Below, in pieces: positions 25,608 to 47,382 of a DNA stretch of 64,000 nucleotides. A program made the position numbers and the translations under genes. Under the pieces are notes generated by a model. It had not been told where the DNA came from. It did not search any database and saw only the letters and a program-made list of their open reading frames with translations. Each line of letters begins with the position of its first letter. Position 1 is the stretch's first letter. The DNA is taken from positions 27,387,673 through 27,451,672 of the forward strand of contig OZ037766.1 in NCBI GenBank assembly GCA_964035545.1, given 5' to 3'. The DNA comes from Bugula neritina (taxonomy: Eukaryota; Animalia; Bryozoa).

Positions 25608-28412
25608 TCTTATCAGTTGCAGAAAGAAATACAAGCAGTTCTAAAATAATACACATAGTTCCTTAAATTCAAATTAAATAACTGCTAGATTTAAAAACTT
25701 TGAATGTAAAATAATGTGCAATAATCTCATTATATATTCAATGGAGCTTGTTGAAAGGAAATATATAACATTTGCTACCTTTTTTTAAACTAGTATAGTA
25801 TTGCAGTATTGTGAAACTACGATATAATACGAAAGCTATAAATTGTGCAAATTATAGCGGTCAGTATATTAAAAGAAATTTGCATATTTGTGACGTCTAT
25901 CTAAAAACATGTACCAAAGTAAAAGATATCTCATGATCGAGATATAAGCTTTGCAGAAAAAAGAAAACAAACAGCTGATAATGTAGGTACTGAGATTGAT
26001 TTAATTATAGATATTCATGCTCTATGAAATGCTAGCTGCGTATATACTTTTACTTGCAGCATCTAATTTCAGTTCACAATTATACGTCATTTTAGTTTGA
26101 CCAATTTAATTTGCCTAATTTAAGTCTTAATTTAATTTAAGGTTGAATTTTTAAAAAAAATATGTATAATTTAGTTCAAGTTTAAAGATGAAGTTGAAGG
26201 ATTAAGTTATTGCAATGTATTCATAGTTGTACTGCTAAAAGTAGTCTGTTATATTTTATTGTAAGTTGATTTATTGCTCCAAAATTGATCATTCACTTAC
26301 TTTGCCAAAGAAAACTTGAATTCAAAATTACATTCAATAAATTCAAAAGAGGTAACTTTTAAACATTGTATAACTAATGATAGAGCTGATGGAAAACTTT
26401 AGCTTAAGCCATCTTGAAAAAAAATTGACTCAGAAACAATAAGCTTACTTTCAACTGAGATTTAAGTAGGTAATATCTGAAAGCATTTAAATATGAAACA
26501 CTCACTAACCTGTTGACCTTCTAGCTTCGAGTATGGTAATGTTACTATAAGCCTGAAATATTTATACTATTTTTTAGAACAGCCATTTGTCACTATCTAG
26601 CAGATCTGTGCCTGAGTCTTTGATCATACAGTCAAAATGTGGCAGCTATACAATATCTACTTATAGTACACAGATTAGCAAAACTTCCTAAACTTGTATA
26701 TGTCTCATACATCATGCATGCTCTGAATACATATCTATCAGTATTCTTTCTTTTACAGCCAAGGTTCAATTCAAGCAGATTAAATTCTAAGATATATACT
26801 GTTACCTTGTAAGTTACTTGAGTGTTTTGTTCCTGTAATTAAAACTAATGACGTTTTGATACCCATTTTGAAAGGAAAAGTTATTAGAGCTTATCTTTGA
26901 ATGGAGTCTATCAACATATTTGATGTGTATTCATAATGAGAATTTAAGACACAGGAAATAACTGACTTCAAATTAGGAAGTATAAAGTAGACATTACACT
27001 TTATTCGCGCATGTGATGTCACCAATGTATAACAAGACATGGTGTAGAAGAAAAGGATAAATGCATGTAAATATTAATTATGCTATGCTTCAAAGTTTAA
27101 TCAGTTGTTTCAAAAAGAAGCTTAAAGCCAGACAAGCATTCTTTAGTAACAAAAGGCACCAAATTTAGTTGAATAGTGTACAAGGTTAGGTAGAGTGAAC
27201 TTTAAATATACACGCTAAAAGAGCAAGGTGTTTAACCAATGTCTAGGGTATATTCTATGGAGTCAATACGTGACAAATAAAAACACTACGTGAAGTGCTT
27301 GACACGAGACAGCTATATTTGATGGCATAATATTAAATTTCAAACATATTTTTTATGCAAATGATTCCCTTCTTATAAAAAAAAGCAACTTGAAAATTAA
27401 AAATAAAAAGTGAAGGCAGCTAGGGTACTATAACACTGGTACAGTTTGGCATACAGTTGATAAAAGCCATATTGAGCCCTTTATTTTTATGCAATGTTTA
27501 CAAGTACACCCTTATCTGAAAGACATTATCAAACAGATTTGGCATTAGATGCATGTTTGTAAATGAGACTTGTTTACTAAAAATGCCATATACAGTACTT
27601 TGACGACTTGACTTCTTTTGAATAATATGGTAATTTAAATATAGTTGCTGTAGATATATATGAAGTATATATTTCTCACTTTTCACCAGCATATCCTGAT
27701 CAAGATGGCGATATAACATATGAAAATGTCAAAAAAATTTTTATCTTTGTTTTTCATGTTGTATCATATATAAAATCTTACTAATTTGTTATAAAAATCA
27801 ATAGGCAGCATATTATCTGTATTTATTTATAGCTATTCTAATACTTTATATTTTGCTTATAAATAGACAAAATGTAATACATAGACAAACACTTGCATAA
27901 ACACCACTTAAAACTAAATATATGTACATGTAGTCTCAACAAAAGTTGTTGCAGGTAGATTATCAGCCTTAATCAACTACAACATATAATTACACACCTG
28001 TGCTCAGAGATTAATATAATAACTGTTTGTGTTTTTTTAGTATACATGCATTTGGTTTTCACTTATCTATCAATAACCCACTTTAATATAGTTACACGTT
28101 TTATTCACAACTCCAATACGAATTTATTTCTTGCTGAATGAGCAAATGATAAAGACTATAGAAAAGTTTTAGTGAGCAATGCTGAAATGAAAGTAAAGAC
28201 ATTATTTTTGGTAACTATAATACTTCTCCTTAATCACTGCATACTTACTGTTTAACTGTACTATTAGTTTATATCTTTCAAATCCAATTACATGTAAATG
28301 TATTGTTATATAAAAAGTCAAACGCAATATGCATATGTGTAATTTTATATGCTTTTGACTTGATCTATTTTTTTTAGATTTTATATTTTATCCTACCCTC
28401 TTCATCAGAAAA

Positions 28413-34645
<6,233 letters not shown>

Positions 34646-36229
34646 ACCCTGCTATAATTCTTTATTATGACTTTGCAACTTCTAAATTGCATAGTTTCAA
34701 TAAAGTTTGTATCTACCATCAAATTATACAAATTTATAAATGTGCAAAGGAAGTGAGAAAATTAATAATGTTCTACAAGCAAAAAGATATGCTCCCCTGG
34801 TCACTCAAGTCCCTTGGAGTACTACTACAATTCACTAAAGGCCAAAATAGCTTGTAAAATAATTGCCTCCACCAGGATTTGAATCACAAACTGGAGGCAA
34901 ATATTTTATATATTGGTTAAATTGTTATTCGGAGTAGCTTGCTAGCTTTAAATATCACATCGACAAACTAAAACCTACACAGAGTTGCTGCGTGTGTATT
35001 TGGTCATGGTGTTCTCTTTTGAACATGAAAACTAAAAACCCTATAGAAATTAGGTAAACTTGATAGCTGTCAATGTAAGAATTAAAATTTTCATACTGAA
35101 CTTCTTTGTCTGATTGAAGGAAATTACTAGGTGAGTAGCTGGTTTTATCAAAATGCTGCTGTTAATAAAGAACATTACACAAAAATAAAAATATGTGATA
35201 AATTAGTGCAACAGTACTACTGACATAAAATAGTATCACAATATGCATTTCACATTTTTTAATAAGTTCAACGATTATGGTACTTATCAATTTTTAAATT
35301 AGTTAGCTATACAAGAAGACAAACATGTAAAAGTTTTGAAAATGCTTAAATCTGTTTACTTTTGTATCAAAATTACACACATTAACGGTTGGAACCTTTG
35401 AAAACAACCTGCTAGTACAGGTTTTATAAGCTTTACAAACTAATGCAAGTATTTTTCAAACTCAAAATTAGTTGTGTGCTGGACCTTGAAACAGCAATTT
35501 AGATTGTATAAAGTGCACTAAGATTGTATGATTATATATTATCAGCTGTAGCTAAACTCAAAGAAGGTTATATAATTTGTAAACAAGGTAAATTCAGTTG
35601 TATCATACAAAAGGTTTTTATTTCTATAATTTTCATACGTAATTTTAGTTAAAATACATATTAAAAATTTGCTTAATTAAGGTTACCTGACGCATTTTAT
35701 TTATCCAGTGATAAAATATTTATATATATCCTAACTATCATATAATATCATCACATATATCATTTATATAACTATATATTGACTGTATAACTACAAAATA
35801 TCACATATATCTATTTGAGAGTTGTATGCTCAAAAAGTTTAGGTTTATGAGGAGTTCTGTGCTCATGATGATGACAGTTACCTTAAGCTGTTATAGAGTA
35901 TTGTAGAACAAATTGTAATTATTGTTAGCTTTTATTGCATGCTGTTCTTAGCCATGGCTTAATTATAATTGAGCCCAGTTAAAAGTTAAAAAATTATTGT
36001 TTGTTTGCATAGTCTAATTGTATGTTGGTATAACAACACAAAAGCTATTTATAAAAAGTATCTTTGACTGGCTCACTAATTTGCTTTTTAATTTATTAAT
36101 AATACAAAGTACAAACTTTTGGTAGCTTTATTCATGTTAAGTTGGGTATACTTTTGAAATTATGAAAAAATTTCCCAATATTGTAATAACCCAAGAGTTA
36201 ATTGCTAATGTAAATTTAAATTGTTGCAG

Positions 36230-36433
36230 ACTGTTATAGCTTGTCCATGAAACAGCCATCATATAAATTTGAGGACTCAGATGAGCTGAAAGTCTATTGG
36301 CCAACTGACAAGATCATTTCTACCCTCACAGAGAAAGTACCTGCTGAATTAAGGGAGAGACTGGAAAGCAAACTAAGTCAGTCAAAGATATTACAAGAGT
36401 TTACAATATAAATATTCTCTCCCACTTTCCTCC
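36230..36433 (+). pseudogene. Orphan exon paralogous to the C-terminal exon of the neighbouring NHL gene, with an in-frame stop
   Basis: Phase-1 acceptor, then DCYSLSMKQPSYKFEDSDELKVYWPTDKIISTLTEKVPAELRERLESKLSQSKILQEFTI*IFS. This aligns with DCSMSNEIQPSHVCEDNLLTIYWHTNKMFPRSIKEVPEDLKTKLLEGLAECDMTENLEIILIS at 40268. Confidence 0.55.
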
Positions 36434-37570
36434 GTAAATTCTAAGTCTAATCTGTTGCCATGCAACTATAAAGTAGTCTAACTGTTGTAGTTATTAATTA
36501 GGTAACTTTATACCTGACTATATACATATTGGAATCACTTGAAGAATTTTAGAACGTGAGAATATATAACTCAAAATTTATATAACTTAATTGCAATCTT
36601 TTCAGTAGTTTATCACATATGACACTCTTATTTAGTATGAAACCAGTCTGATCACTGCTACATTTTAATTATAATGCATAAAAAATGCTATAAAAAACCA
36701 AGTGAATAAAAGGAAAAAGTTAGTAGACTATAGGAAGTGTATAGTTATAAAATGTTTAGTCTGTTTTTCTTAATTCATGTCAGCTGTTCCACCAGGTTGA
36801 TTGCTGCCAATAAAGATGTTGATGGCCAAACAATACAGCTAGCTCTGGTCTCCCCAGCTGACCAATGAGAATCCGACACATATATCTGTCACAAATATTG
36901 AAGACGCTTGCAATCAGCTAAATTATCAGTAAAAGCATCGTCATTCATTTATTTATTTCAAATTTAAGTGAGCCAAGTGTAAGACTGGTTTGTTGCTCAA
37001 CCGGCACTAATGGTAGTACAATATTTTTTAGATCATCTTAACTTGCTTTCATTGTTACTATAGCTGACAATGAATATAAAAAACTAGGATAATCTTCTTT
37101 ATTGATTTTAGCTTTTAAGAATTATTTCGCATATTCATTTTGAACTTTTGTGATTTTCAAATTATTTTGCTGAATAATCATCAGCTTTAATGATCTAATT
37201 ATTTTCTTTACATTTTGGTAAATTTTAAAATTTTAAAGTTGTGCTGTCTATATATAATTTTAAAATACTGCACATTTTCTTGATTTTACTAAAAACAAAC
37301 ATTAAAATAAATAGTTATATATGCAAGGGTTTTATGCCAAATATAACCAACAGCTCTTCTTATGAAATTACTAAAATTTAAATTACTAAGAATTGCATAT
37401 GAAATATTCCGGATTTACACAAGAAAAAGTTCCGATTAGGCACACACTTTTACAATGGAAGTAATATTGATATTTTGACTAAAATAGTATACTCGTATAG
37501 CGATTGAATTCAGAATACTCACATCACTCAAGGAGTTGCGAAACTTGCATAATGCAATTGATTATATATA

Positions 37571-37800
<230 letters not shown>

Positions 37801-38291
37801 AATCTGTGCTGTTTTGGGATTTGTCCCCTCATCAGCACAGAACAGAGTACCATGGTCCACACCTTCGATATAAACTTATGTTTCTACTATATTAAAGCAT
37901 ATTTAAAAGGTGTGTAGACTCAAGCCAAAATGCTCAAGTGATTCTAGGAGTCACAGTAAGAAGTCACGAGCCTTGCACAATGCCAGCAGCTTGAATTTGT
38001 GACCATGATTAGAAAGCTCAATCACTGAATGTCATTGCTGAGCATAAAGTGAGAGCATTACATACTTTTTCATTTGTGCCATTTTTATCTGTAACATTTT
38101 TACCTAAAATTGATGAATCTATTTTTTTAGTTAAAATTGGGTTAAAAGTTTAAAAAAAACTTTGAATAGTCACTTATCAGATGCTATCAATTGATACTGC
38201 ATTTATAAATGTTTTGTCAGGCTATTCCTATAATTTTCGAATTGTCATAAACTTGACACTTGCTGACACATCTAGTTTGTTAAAAACAAAG

Positions 38292-40470
38292 ATGCTGCTC
38301 TTTCATTTATTGGTGGTAAGTATATATTTAGCTTTGGAGTTATTAGCTGGAGTAAATAGCTTTGTTATGGGCGGCAGCAATGTGGCAAAATCTATTGCTT
38401 AATCTACTTTAATCCAGTTTATTTCCCAACCACAGAAGTTAAATGTTTGAAACGGCATTTACTTGATTGTGTACATATTATAGACACTTTGAAGGTGTTT
38501 AAATTAGTTTTCTATTTTTAGATTTTGACTCTTGGAGCTCTCTCCAGTATAGCTGCTATAAATTCTCAATCAAGGTAACGTAATTATTTTAATGAAAACT
38601 GTATATTAGGCCTTGAGTTTTTATAAATAATTGTAAACATGTATTGGCTTCATAATCTCTTGTTACCTATAGTAATTGAGTATACATTAGCATTGTGAAA
38701 AGGCTTTTCTTTGGCAAAACCTATGACTACATGCAAATAGATAGTAGAAAACTGTTTTCAATTACTACAGCGTGAATATAAATTTGTGTTTTAGTGTGTC
38801 ATTTTACAAGGAACATGGAATTATTAGCACATATTCAATAGTTCTCCATATAGAGCGAGATTTGTACAAAGATGATGGAAGCATTTTGTTTGGTACTTTT
38901 GGATACCTGCAGACTACTGATGAAACTACTACCACAACTCTCTTTGCCTTCCAGAAAGATCCTATAGCAGGCTTTGTACAACTTAATCACACTCACCTAG
39001 TTTTTTCCAATTATAAGCGACATTGCATAATGCTACTTGACAGAAGATCTAACAGTGTTAGCAAGTTAGCCGGAAAGTGTGGTTGGCCGGGATATGAAGA
39101 TGGAAATAAATATACGGGAAGGCTCTATGGGCCCACAGCTATAGTGTTAGATTTAGACAATTCAAACAGAATTTTTGTTGCAGACACTAAAAATGATAAA
39201 CTGAGAGCTGTAGACATTGAAACAGGGCAGTTGAGTACCGTTATTTCTACCAGTCTCCACAACCCTCAAGGAATGGTGTGGGCCAATGGTGATTTGTTGA
39301 TTACGAATTTAAACTACATTTCACAGACTCTCTGGTTATCTAACGGCGTAGCTATCATTGAAATTCTGGCAGGTTTAAGAGCAAGGGGTTATTCAGACGG
39401 CACATTTGGACAATCTAGGTTTAATCGCCCTATCGACATATGTGAAATAGAATCAAACAAATATCTTATTGCTGATTATAAAAACAAGGTACTTAGGTTT
39501 TTAGATTTAAGCAAAGGAGTAGTAGGTCCAGTTTGCATAAATAGAGAGAGCCCTTGCACAACTAGTACTAAACTACCATCAAATCCTAGATCTCTTGCAA
39601 AAATTGGAGACACTATTTACGTTGGAACTCGGACAAATATTATCAAGCTACGAGGTGGGTTATGTGTTTAAAAATGCAATATTTGGTCGGATAAGTTGGT
39701 TTAGTATAATTTGTAAAAGCAAATTTAGCTAAAAATATTTCTTTTTATTTTAATATAAATGTATCTTTTTTGATAAATAAATGTGTTGTTTACAGCTTTG
39801 TCAATTGTTGAACGAAGACTAGTTTTTAAAACAGAGTATACTGACATTCCTTACAACATTGTGGATAGCCAACAAAGTAAACGGTTTTTCCACTCCATGT
39901 TGTCAAACCGAGCAAAACAGTTTGACAAAATTTGTGGATCTGGTAAGATTTTATACAGTCTTTGGGGCATAGCCCATATTACATAGCCCATATTACATAT
40001 AGCCAATAGGTTACATAGCCCATATTACATAGCCCATATTACATAACTTATTCACTATGTTAGGTCTAGCTTTTTATATGGGCCACGGGTCACCGGTCAT
40101 GCACTAACCCACAGTTTTCAAAGTCATTGGAAAATTATTGTAATTCATGAACAGGAAAGCATATTATAAGCTGTTTCTTTTACTATATATTCATTATATA
40201 TCTACAATAGTATGATTTCTTAATTTTACTATATTTCGAAATCAAAAAATAAGCTGAGGTTTTGTAGACTGCAGTATGTCCAATGAGATACAGCCATCTC
40301 ATGTATGTGAAGATAACCTGTTGACAATCTACTGGCATACAAATAAAATGTTTCCTCGCTCAATCAAAGAAGTACCTGAAGACCTTAAAACTAAACTTCT
40401 AGAAGGACTAGCTGAATGCGACATGACGGAAAACTTAGAAATAATTTTAATTTCTGATCAGCCATTGTGA
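38292..40470 (+). CDS. Secreted NHL-repeat / six-bladed beta-propeller protein with an unrecognised C-terminal domain
   Basis: Exons 38292-38315 and 38522-38574 (MLLFHLLVILTLGALSSIAA signal peptide), 38795-39654 (AGKCGWPGYEDG, LYGPTAIVLD, IFVADTKNDKLR, LHNPQGM, GYSDGTFGQSRFNRPIDI, LIADYKNKVLR), 39796-39942 and 40268-40466/40470. Phases are consistent. The 3' end is uncertain (possible extra exon near 40837). Confidence 0.82.
39968..40045. repeat. 15-bp tandem repeat (CATAGCCCATATTA-type)
   Basis: About 5 imperfect copies in an intron. Confidence 0.8.
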
Positions 40471-40926
40471 GTATAGAATGTATAATACAAGTAGTGAATC
40501 TAACTCTGTAAACTTGCTAATACAGTAGTATAAGTATAGCTCTGCTGTCAAAGTTTCAGAAAATTATTAATGCATTTTGATAAACCATTTTATAAGACCA
40601 AGCGATCAGTGAAGAAACATTTAGTTTTACTTCTATTCTTATTCATTTCATAGAACTGTTCTAAACTGGCAGTATATTTCATGTTAATTTGTTGATAGCT
40701 TTTCAATAGAAAATGGTTAATAATAAGTTTTACTAAAACTTCAGGCAAGGCCTATAACAAGCAATTTTATGCTAAGTCTTTTTATGTTTGATCAAGTTTT
40801 CATGTTTGATTTCACAGCAAACCCAATTATTTTTAGATTTTTTCCACCTAAAATGAGTTCTGATGAGGGTGTAGCAGAGATGCTGCTAGTAGCCAGCTGC
40901 ACAGAGAGCTCTCAGATCTATGATGC

Positions 40927-41140
40927 TGACAGAGACACCTGTAACTAATAGTCAACTAGTAACCTTTTACAGAGACACCTGCTACTAATAGTCAACTATA
41001 AGTAACTTTCGACAGAGACATATGTTATATACTAATAGTCAACTAGTAGCTTTTGACAGAGACACCTAGCTGTTACTAATTATCAATCATTAACTTTTAA
41101 GGACACCTGCTATACTAATAGTCAACTATAAATAGCTTTT
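40927..41140. repeat. ~42-45-bp minisatellite, about 5 copies
   Basis: GACAGAGACACCTG..ACTAATAGTCAACTAGTAAC(C/T)TTT repeated. Confidence 0.8.
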
Positions 41141-42007
41141 TATAGTATTGAGTCTGGGACACAGTCTATGATTTCTTCAGTTTGGTTTAATGATATTTGA
41201 AAAACTGATTTTGGTTAATTTATTATCCACAAAAAATATTATGATAAATGAGGAGCACTAGATAATTTATTTATGTATGTTATGTATGTATGTTATGTAT
41301 ATGTATGCAGCTTTTATCAGCACTAATATAAGTAATACCTAGCTCAAATATAACTTTTTCTGCATAAAAATAGCTTTTGAACCAACACTATCTGTGAATG
41401 ATTATTTTTAAATAGCGCCATATCAAGGGTTGCTGAACACATGCAAACAAAATTTTTATTTGTAATGTTATGCTTTGTGAAAATACATACATTCTTTAGA
41501 TACTTAAAAGATAACAAAATATAGTATCTAAATATATAAATATGTAAATAAATATACCACTGAGCAATCAAATTTTCAAAACACATAAATAAAAACAATT
41601 TAACTTCAGGGTTATACATCCAGTTTTAGAGAGGAAAACAAAACATAAAAATAATCATATGATAATCTCTATAATGGATAAAATGATGTTGCTTTCGATT
41701 TGTTTTAAAAACCGAATTTTAATGTGGCCACAAAATAAAACAATCTCAACAGAACATACCAACCAGTTAAGCTAAAGTAAAATTTTAATACTTTTCATGA
41801 AATAGTTATTGTAAATTTTAAACAAAATAAAGTTAAAAAAAAGCTATGGGGTGTCAGCGTGTAAAAACGGGCAAATAAAATTGAAATTCTGATTGCTGCA
41901 TTGGTTAATCATTATTTCGAGAAAACATTTAGGTTGAAATTTCTCCATGCATGGGACTGGCGCATACATATTATCCACTATCTAATGACAAGACGTATTT
42001 AATGTTA

Positions 42008-42350
42008 GCCTAGGGCCACACGGTGCGTATTTTCGCATGCGAAAATTGAAACCACAAGTAGCAAAGGTGTCCACTGTGCGCGTTGAGAAAACCTTCGCAC
42101 TTGTCGCTCTGCATTTTCAACGCAAGCGCGAATCGTCTCTGTCGTCGTCACCTAATTGGCTGGTAGCTATTCAGCGAGCCCAATTTCTTTATTTAGTGCT
42201 ATATTCCAGTAAATTGCGTTTTATTGAAAGCGAGTGCGATTTAAAAATGAAAGCTTTATTTATCACGCATCACTGACGCTACAGTGGACACCTTTGCTAC
42301 TTGTGATTTCAATTTTCGCATGCGAAAATACGCACCATGTGGCCCTAGGC
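42008..42350. mobile_element. PIF/Harbinger-type (Tourist-like) MITE, 343 bp
   Basis: ~70-bp near-perfect TIR (GCCTAGGGCCACACGGTGCGTATTTTCGCATGCGAAAATTGAAA...), with a TTA target-site duplication on both sides. Confidence 0.88.
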
Positions 42351-43555
42351 TTACTCATCCACTATATTAAAGAGATGATAGATTCTAGTTTAAGTGCATT
42401 CAAAAGTATTATTTTTTTCATATAGTTATCTATGGGAATAATTAAGCCACAAGCTCCTAAAACAAGCTAAATTTTAATCTATACTAAAACAATGCTGACC
42501 CAACTGATAAAAAATTATAATATTGAGTCAAAACGCAGTTTCTTTTAAAAAAGGGGAAGAAACTTCAATTGTAGCTCTTTCAAATTTTGATGCTTTAAAA
42601 ACAGTTCTGTTAATCAGAACAAAATAGAAATTAGTGTGCATTATCTGAACACTATAGGGCCACAGTTAAAGAGAGTCAACTGATCTTATAGCTATATTTC
42701 AAAGAGTTGCTTGCTCAATTCATAAAACTGCTAAAGTAGACAACTCCTTAGCTATAGCTTCAGCACTGTTTTATTAGAGCAAAGCGAAGCTAAAATGCAT
42801 TGTTGTTTAAAGTAATTTAAAGCACAGAACTTCCTGTTTTGTGCTCAAAAAGAGAGCATGTATATAATTATGTAACTTTTACTTATAACTAGCTATATAC
42901 ATAAATAATGTAAATATTATCACCATGTTGCAATAATTTTTATACCATATTTGTCTAACGAGCACTAAAAACAAGTCAAGAAGTTTTTTTAGTTCATAGA
43001 TAAGTGTACTAAATTTAAAAAGTTTTTTTAAAGCTATATTTTACATTCTACAAAGCTTATTGTTCAGACAAATGTATGCTATATGTGTATTATCACATAT
43101 TATATGTTTAGACTTTCAATCTTGCTGGTTACTAAAGGTTAAATTGTTTAGTTATAAGTTTTTCCTATGCAGCAACATGGCTATTATTAGTGCATGTCTA
43201 TAGAGGAGAAAAATAGTAACTTAAGGTGAAGTCGGAATTGTAAAGCATATATTCACTTGATATTTTTGCAAAATTCAAAGGTTACGTTTGCTTAGAAATT
43301 TCAAATTTTTCAAAGAAATTTATTTCAACTAGAGCTTACGCATGATTTCTTAGCAGCGCCACACAAAGTAAATCAGAGTAAAGGTTTTACAATTCTCAAC
43401 TTCAAAAGTGTAACATCCATATACTTTCAAAAGCAACTAATTTACTAGTTATAGTTTGAAAAAAAAAGTATTATAAAGAAAATGTTCATGTTTTAGATAG
43501 TGTGCATCTTTTATTAATGATTATACATTTTGGCTATAATCAATAATACTGATGA

Positions 43556-46500
43556 TCACAAAACACTTGTTTTTTTAGAATTACTATCTTCTTTGGCATA
43601 CAATAATAAAGGGATTAAGATAACTCCTGCCAGTATAGTACATCCTCCTCCCATGTAGTACAATAGCTGGTAATTCTCTTTTCCAACTCGATAAAAATAA
43701 TCTACAAAATAATTTTACAGAAATTTAATTATATCAAATTGGCAACATGACTAAAATTTTTTTAGTACAATGGCAAAACGGCTATATATTAAGTAAATAA
43801 AAATAGTCTTAACAATAAACAAATAAAGTAGTTGGCTGAAATGTTTTTCAATCTTTAGACTCAAAAAAGTTTATTTGTTCATATGTATTTCATCGTCTTC
43901 CATTACTTTGATCCGTTCATACTTATAAATTATATTTTTACAGAATGGTTAACTCTTTTTCATATTGGGGCAATTTAATTATATTTGGGATTTTATTAAT
44001 TCAAAATTAAATTTTAATTTTTAAAAATAATAGTTCTAAATATCACATTTCACCTGCTACGGGTGGCCCAGCAATAGTTCCCAATCCATTGAGGAACATA
44101 ACTAGGCCATAGGCTGTGGTCAAGTGATTTTCAGGAGTCAAGTAGCTAGTAATGACAGCCAAGTTGCCTATTTGGATGCCAAGTAATGTACCATAGAAGG
44201 AGCAAGTGATAACGAGTATGAGAAACTGAGAGTCTGCTTTGTGAGGCTCTAGGTTCATCAGGCATACAGACACACCACTGAGCGTACAGGAAATTATGTA
44301 AGCGTAACTGTAGTTACAAGGGCATAAGATAAGAGGAATGTTTAATAATCTACCAACAGCATTGCTTACACCTATGACTGATATTAACTGAACTGATTGA
44401 AATTCTGTCAAGTTTTTATGTTCACCATAGTCAGCTAAAAAAACAAAGACTATAACAGCACCTAGGCTAAAAAGGAAGTTATTGATCAAGAATAGACTAA
44501 ATCTCCAGTTACAAAGTACTAAAAATTGTTCTTTAAAACTAAATTTAGGTTTTTGGTCTCGTCTAATAGGAGAAGCATTGTTTGGGAAAATTAGACTTCC
44601 TGCAACGGCGAGGTGAAGGAGAACTCCTAGAAATAAAATAATTTGTGTAAATATCCAACATTGAAAAATTTGCAAAAGTTAGAAAAAATTGTTCGAAATT
44701 CACTTAGTATATATTTTTCTTTCACATTTTGCAATTTGGCATAAAAAAGATGTTACTGCGCATTATCGCAAACTAAAGTTTTTCTAAAACAATGCTTTGA
44801 TCCTAAACTAATATGAATGCAAAATTACAACATAAACATGTAATGTATGTAGTGCAAGGCACATTATTCTACTATACAAAGTAATCGAAGAATATCAAAA
44901 ACTGCACCGACAAAGAAAAAGAGGTCTTTAGAGTTGTCTGCCCATACCAGCAGTCAGCAAATAACCTCCTCTCCAGCCAAATTCCTCAGTAGCCCACTTT
45001 ATGAAGAGAGGCATGACAAGGGTGCCCATGCCTACGCCCGCAGCACTAACTGAAAAGGCTATCATTTTCCACTTCTCAAAGTATTCAGTAATAAGCGACA
45101 CGGATGGAATGTAAGTGAGAGAGACTCCAGTACCTAAAATTGTTTGAAAATATCATCTTTTATTAAACTTTTTACACAACATTATAGAAAAAGATTTGTT
45201 TCTCGACTTACAAGTTTTATAGTTATTTACGCAATTATCTTTTCTATTGTGCATATTCACATTAGCAAGCTCAATAATATTAAACAGTGTGTAATAAAAA
45301 CTTGGATTAAGGCAAATTAAAGTGATATTTTTTGTTGCAAGTAATGTTTTCCATTGGACATATCATGTATTACGGCAACTCTAAGTCAATAAGTTTGGTA
45401 ATTAGCTATAGCTGCAGAACTAAGTTGTAATATCTACTGGTAGTTGGACTACGTGTGCAAATTTTTAGTCTAACTAACAACATGTTCTACAATGTGGTTA
45501 TAATGTTATCACAAAAGCTCTATTTAAGTTTATTTATATTAAACCAAAATGATTGGCACATATACTGTAATGTAACATTCAATAAATTATTAGAAAATAA
45601 TTTGGATTGAAGATGTATATAAGAAAATTTTACGTGTTGCTTTATATTTGAAAATTATGACTCAATGTCGTAGATACATACGCACACGCACACACGCACG
45701 CACACACATAGTAGGAAGAAAAGATATATCTTACTGTACCTCCTATTATGCCAACCAAAAGACACAGTGCCCACACTTGTGACACAGCTGCCCCTAGCCC
45801 TACACCAACTGTAGCTAAAACAGCCCCTCCCATCATTGTTCTCCGATATCCAAACTTGGTGACTAGAAATCCTGCCATTGGCCCTATATGATACAAACAG
45901 TATTTCCAGGTTAAAAAATTATTTATAATAACGGATAATAAGTAAAAAAGAAAATGTAATAATTACTACTGTATTTCCTTGTATAATTGTCTGCGTGTTT
46001 TAATTATATTTCCACATTAATAAAGAACGACAAATTTAATAGGTAGGATGTATTTTCAAAGTAATAACATTTTCTATGAGTAAATCTTGCAGCATAGAGT
46101 TTATTTGCTTAATAACTATACAAACAACAATGAAGGGCTATGATTTAGGCTTTGAACTCAAAAGTATTTGATGGAAGTACAATTGAACCAAAATTTAGAG
46201 TCACAGCAAATAAGTCTTGTTTATACAGTAAATAAATGTCTTAAACTTAGAGTTTGCATAAGAATACATGTTTACACTGTGACTTTGTCAAGCTGCATTA
46301 TTTAATATTTCATCAATAAAAACAACCTGCAAAAAACATGAATGCAATGTGGAGAGAGCCCACAAACCCAACTAACTTCCGTTCTTCTTGAAACTCTTTG
46401 AGTAGTATCGGAGTGAACGTCCCGGAAGATAATACTGTTCCAACACCAAATGCCTATAGTTATATATTTATATATACTAGCATACAAAAAAGAAATATTG

Positions 46501-47260
46501 GGCAAAATTTATTCCAATATTACATTCCAATTTTATAAGACCCAAAGAATAATAAAAGTTATTCATATAACAAATCTGAAATTTGAATTTATAGTCGTCT
46601 AGTTTTATTTTTATTATGCAGTTGCATGAGTCATTCTAAAGAATAATTTTTATCTCAAGTGGTATGGGGAAATGTAAAAGTTTTTAGAGCTATACAAACA
46701 AAGTTTTATTTAAATAATTGCTTATTACCCTATATTAAAAATAGTTAACTTTATTTTTTAAATTTGTGTAAATTTTATAATAACTTTAAGAATCTAATTT
46801 ATTTATTTTATTTAAAAATAGTTAAAAAGTACAAATAAATATATTTTTACCAACCTTTTCTTATCAATTTAATGCTTAAATTTTGAGGCATAGTTTAATA
46901 ATCACTCTTATATATACATGTAAATACATTCTACTATAGAAAGATGAATATACAACACTTTATAAACTCACAATGCTTAGTCTAAACTTTATTTAATAGA
47001 CTAATTACTAACTTGAATGAAAAAGCAAATAGCAAGCACAGCCCATGAGTAACCCTTATCTTTTATCTCACTTTTGGGTAGAGCTTCATCTTCACAAGAG
47101 TTTTTTACTAGGCCCTCTTTTTGCTTTTGCTCTATAACAAAGTAGCACTATATTAGGTTAATCATATATATGAATGAAGCAAATTAGAGTTTAATTTCAA
47201 ATTTCCATTCTTACCAATTTCATTTGTGGGTACGTCATCTCCTAATGTTTCTTGATTCAT
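43556..47260 (-). CDS. Monocarboxylate transporter family (SLC16/MCT, MFS) protein, ~446 aa
   Basis: Exons 47215-47260, 47013-47131 (DKGYSWAVL), 46327-46453, 45740-45883 (GPMAGFLVTKFGYRRTMMGG), 44948-45133 (ITEYFEKWKMIA; EEFGWRGG), 44054-44626 (SNAVGR; AYGLVMFLNGLGTIAGPPVA), 43556-43701 (stop). Frames join continuously. Confidence 0.9.
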
Positions 47261-47382
47261 TTTCTAGAGTAAAACTTAATGGGTTCACTTTGAATTTGAT
47301 ATAAATTGAAGCGTCTACAAAGCAAAATATTAGATGCAGTAAGAGTAATAAAGTATCATTGTCAGAATTTGAAGCATTAGAA

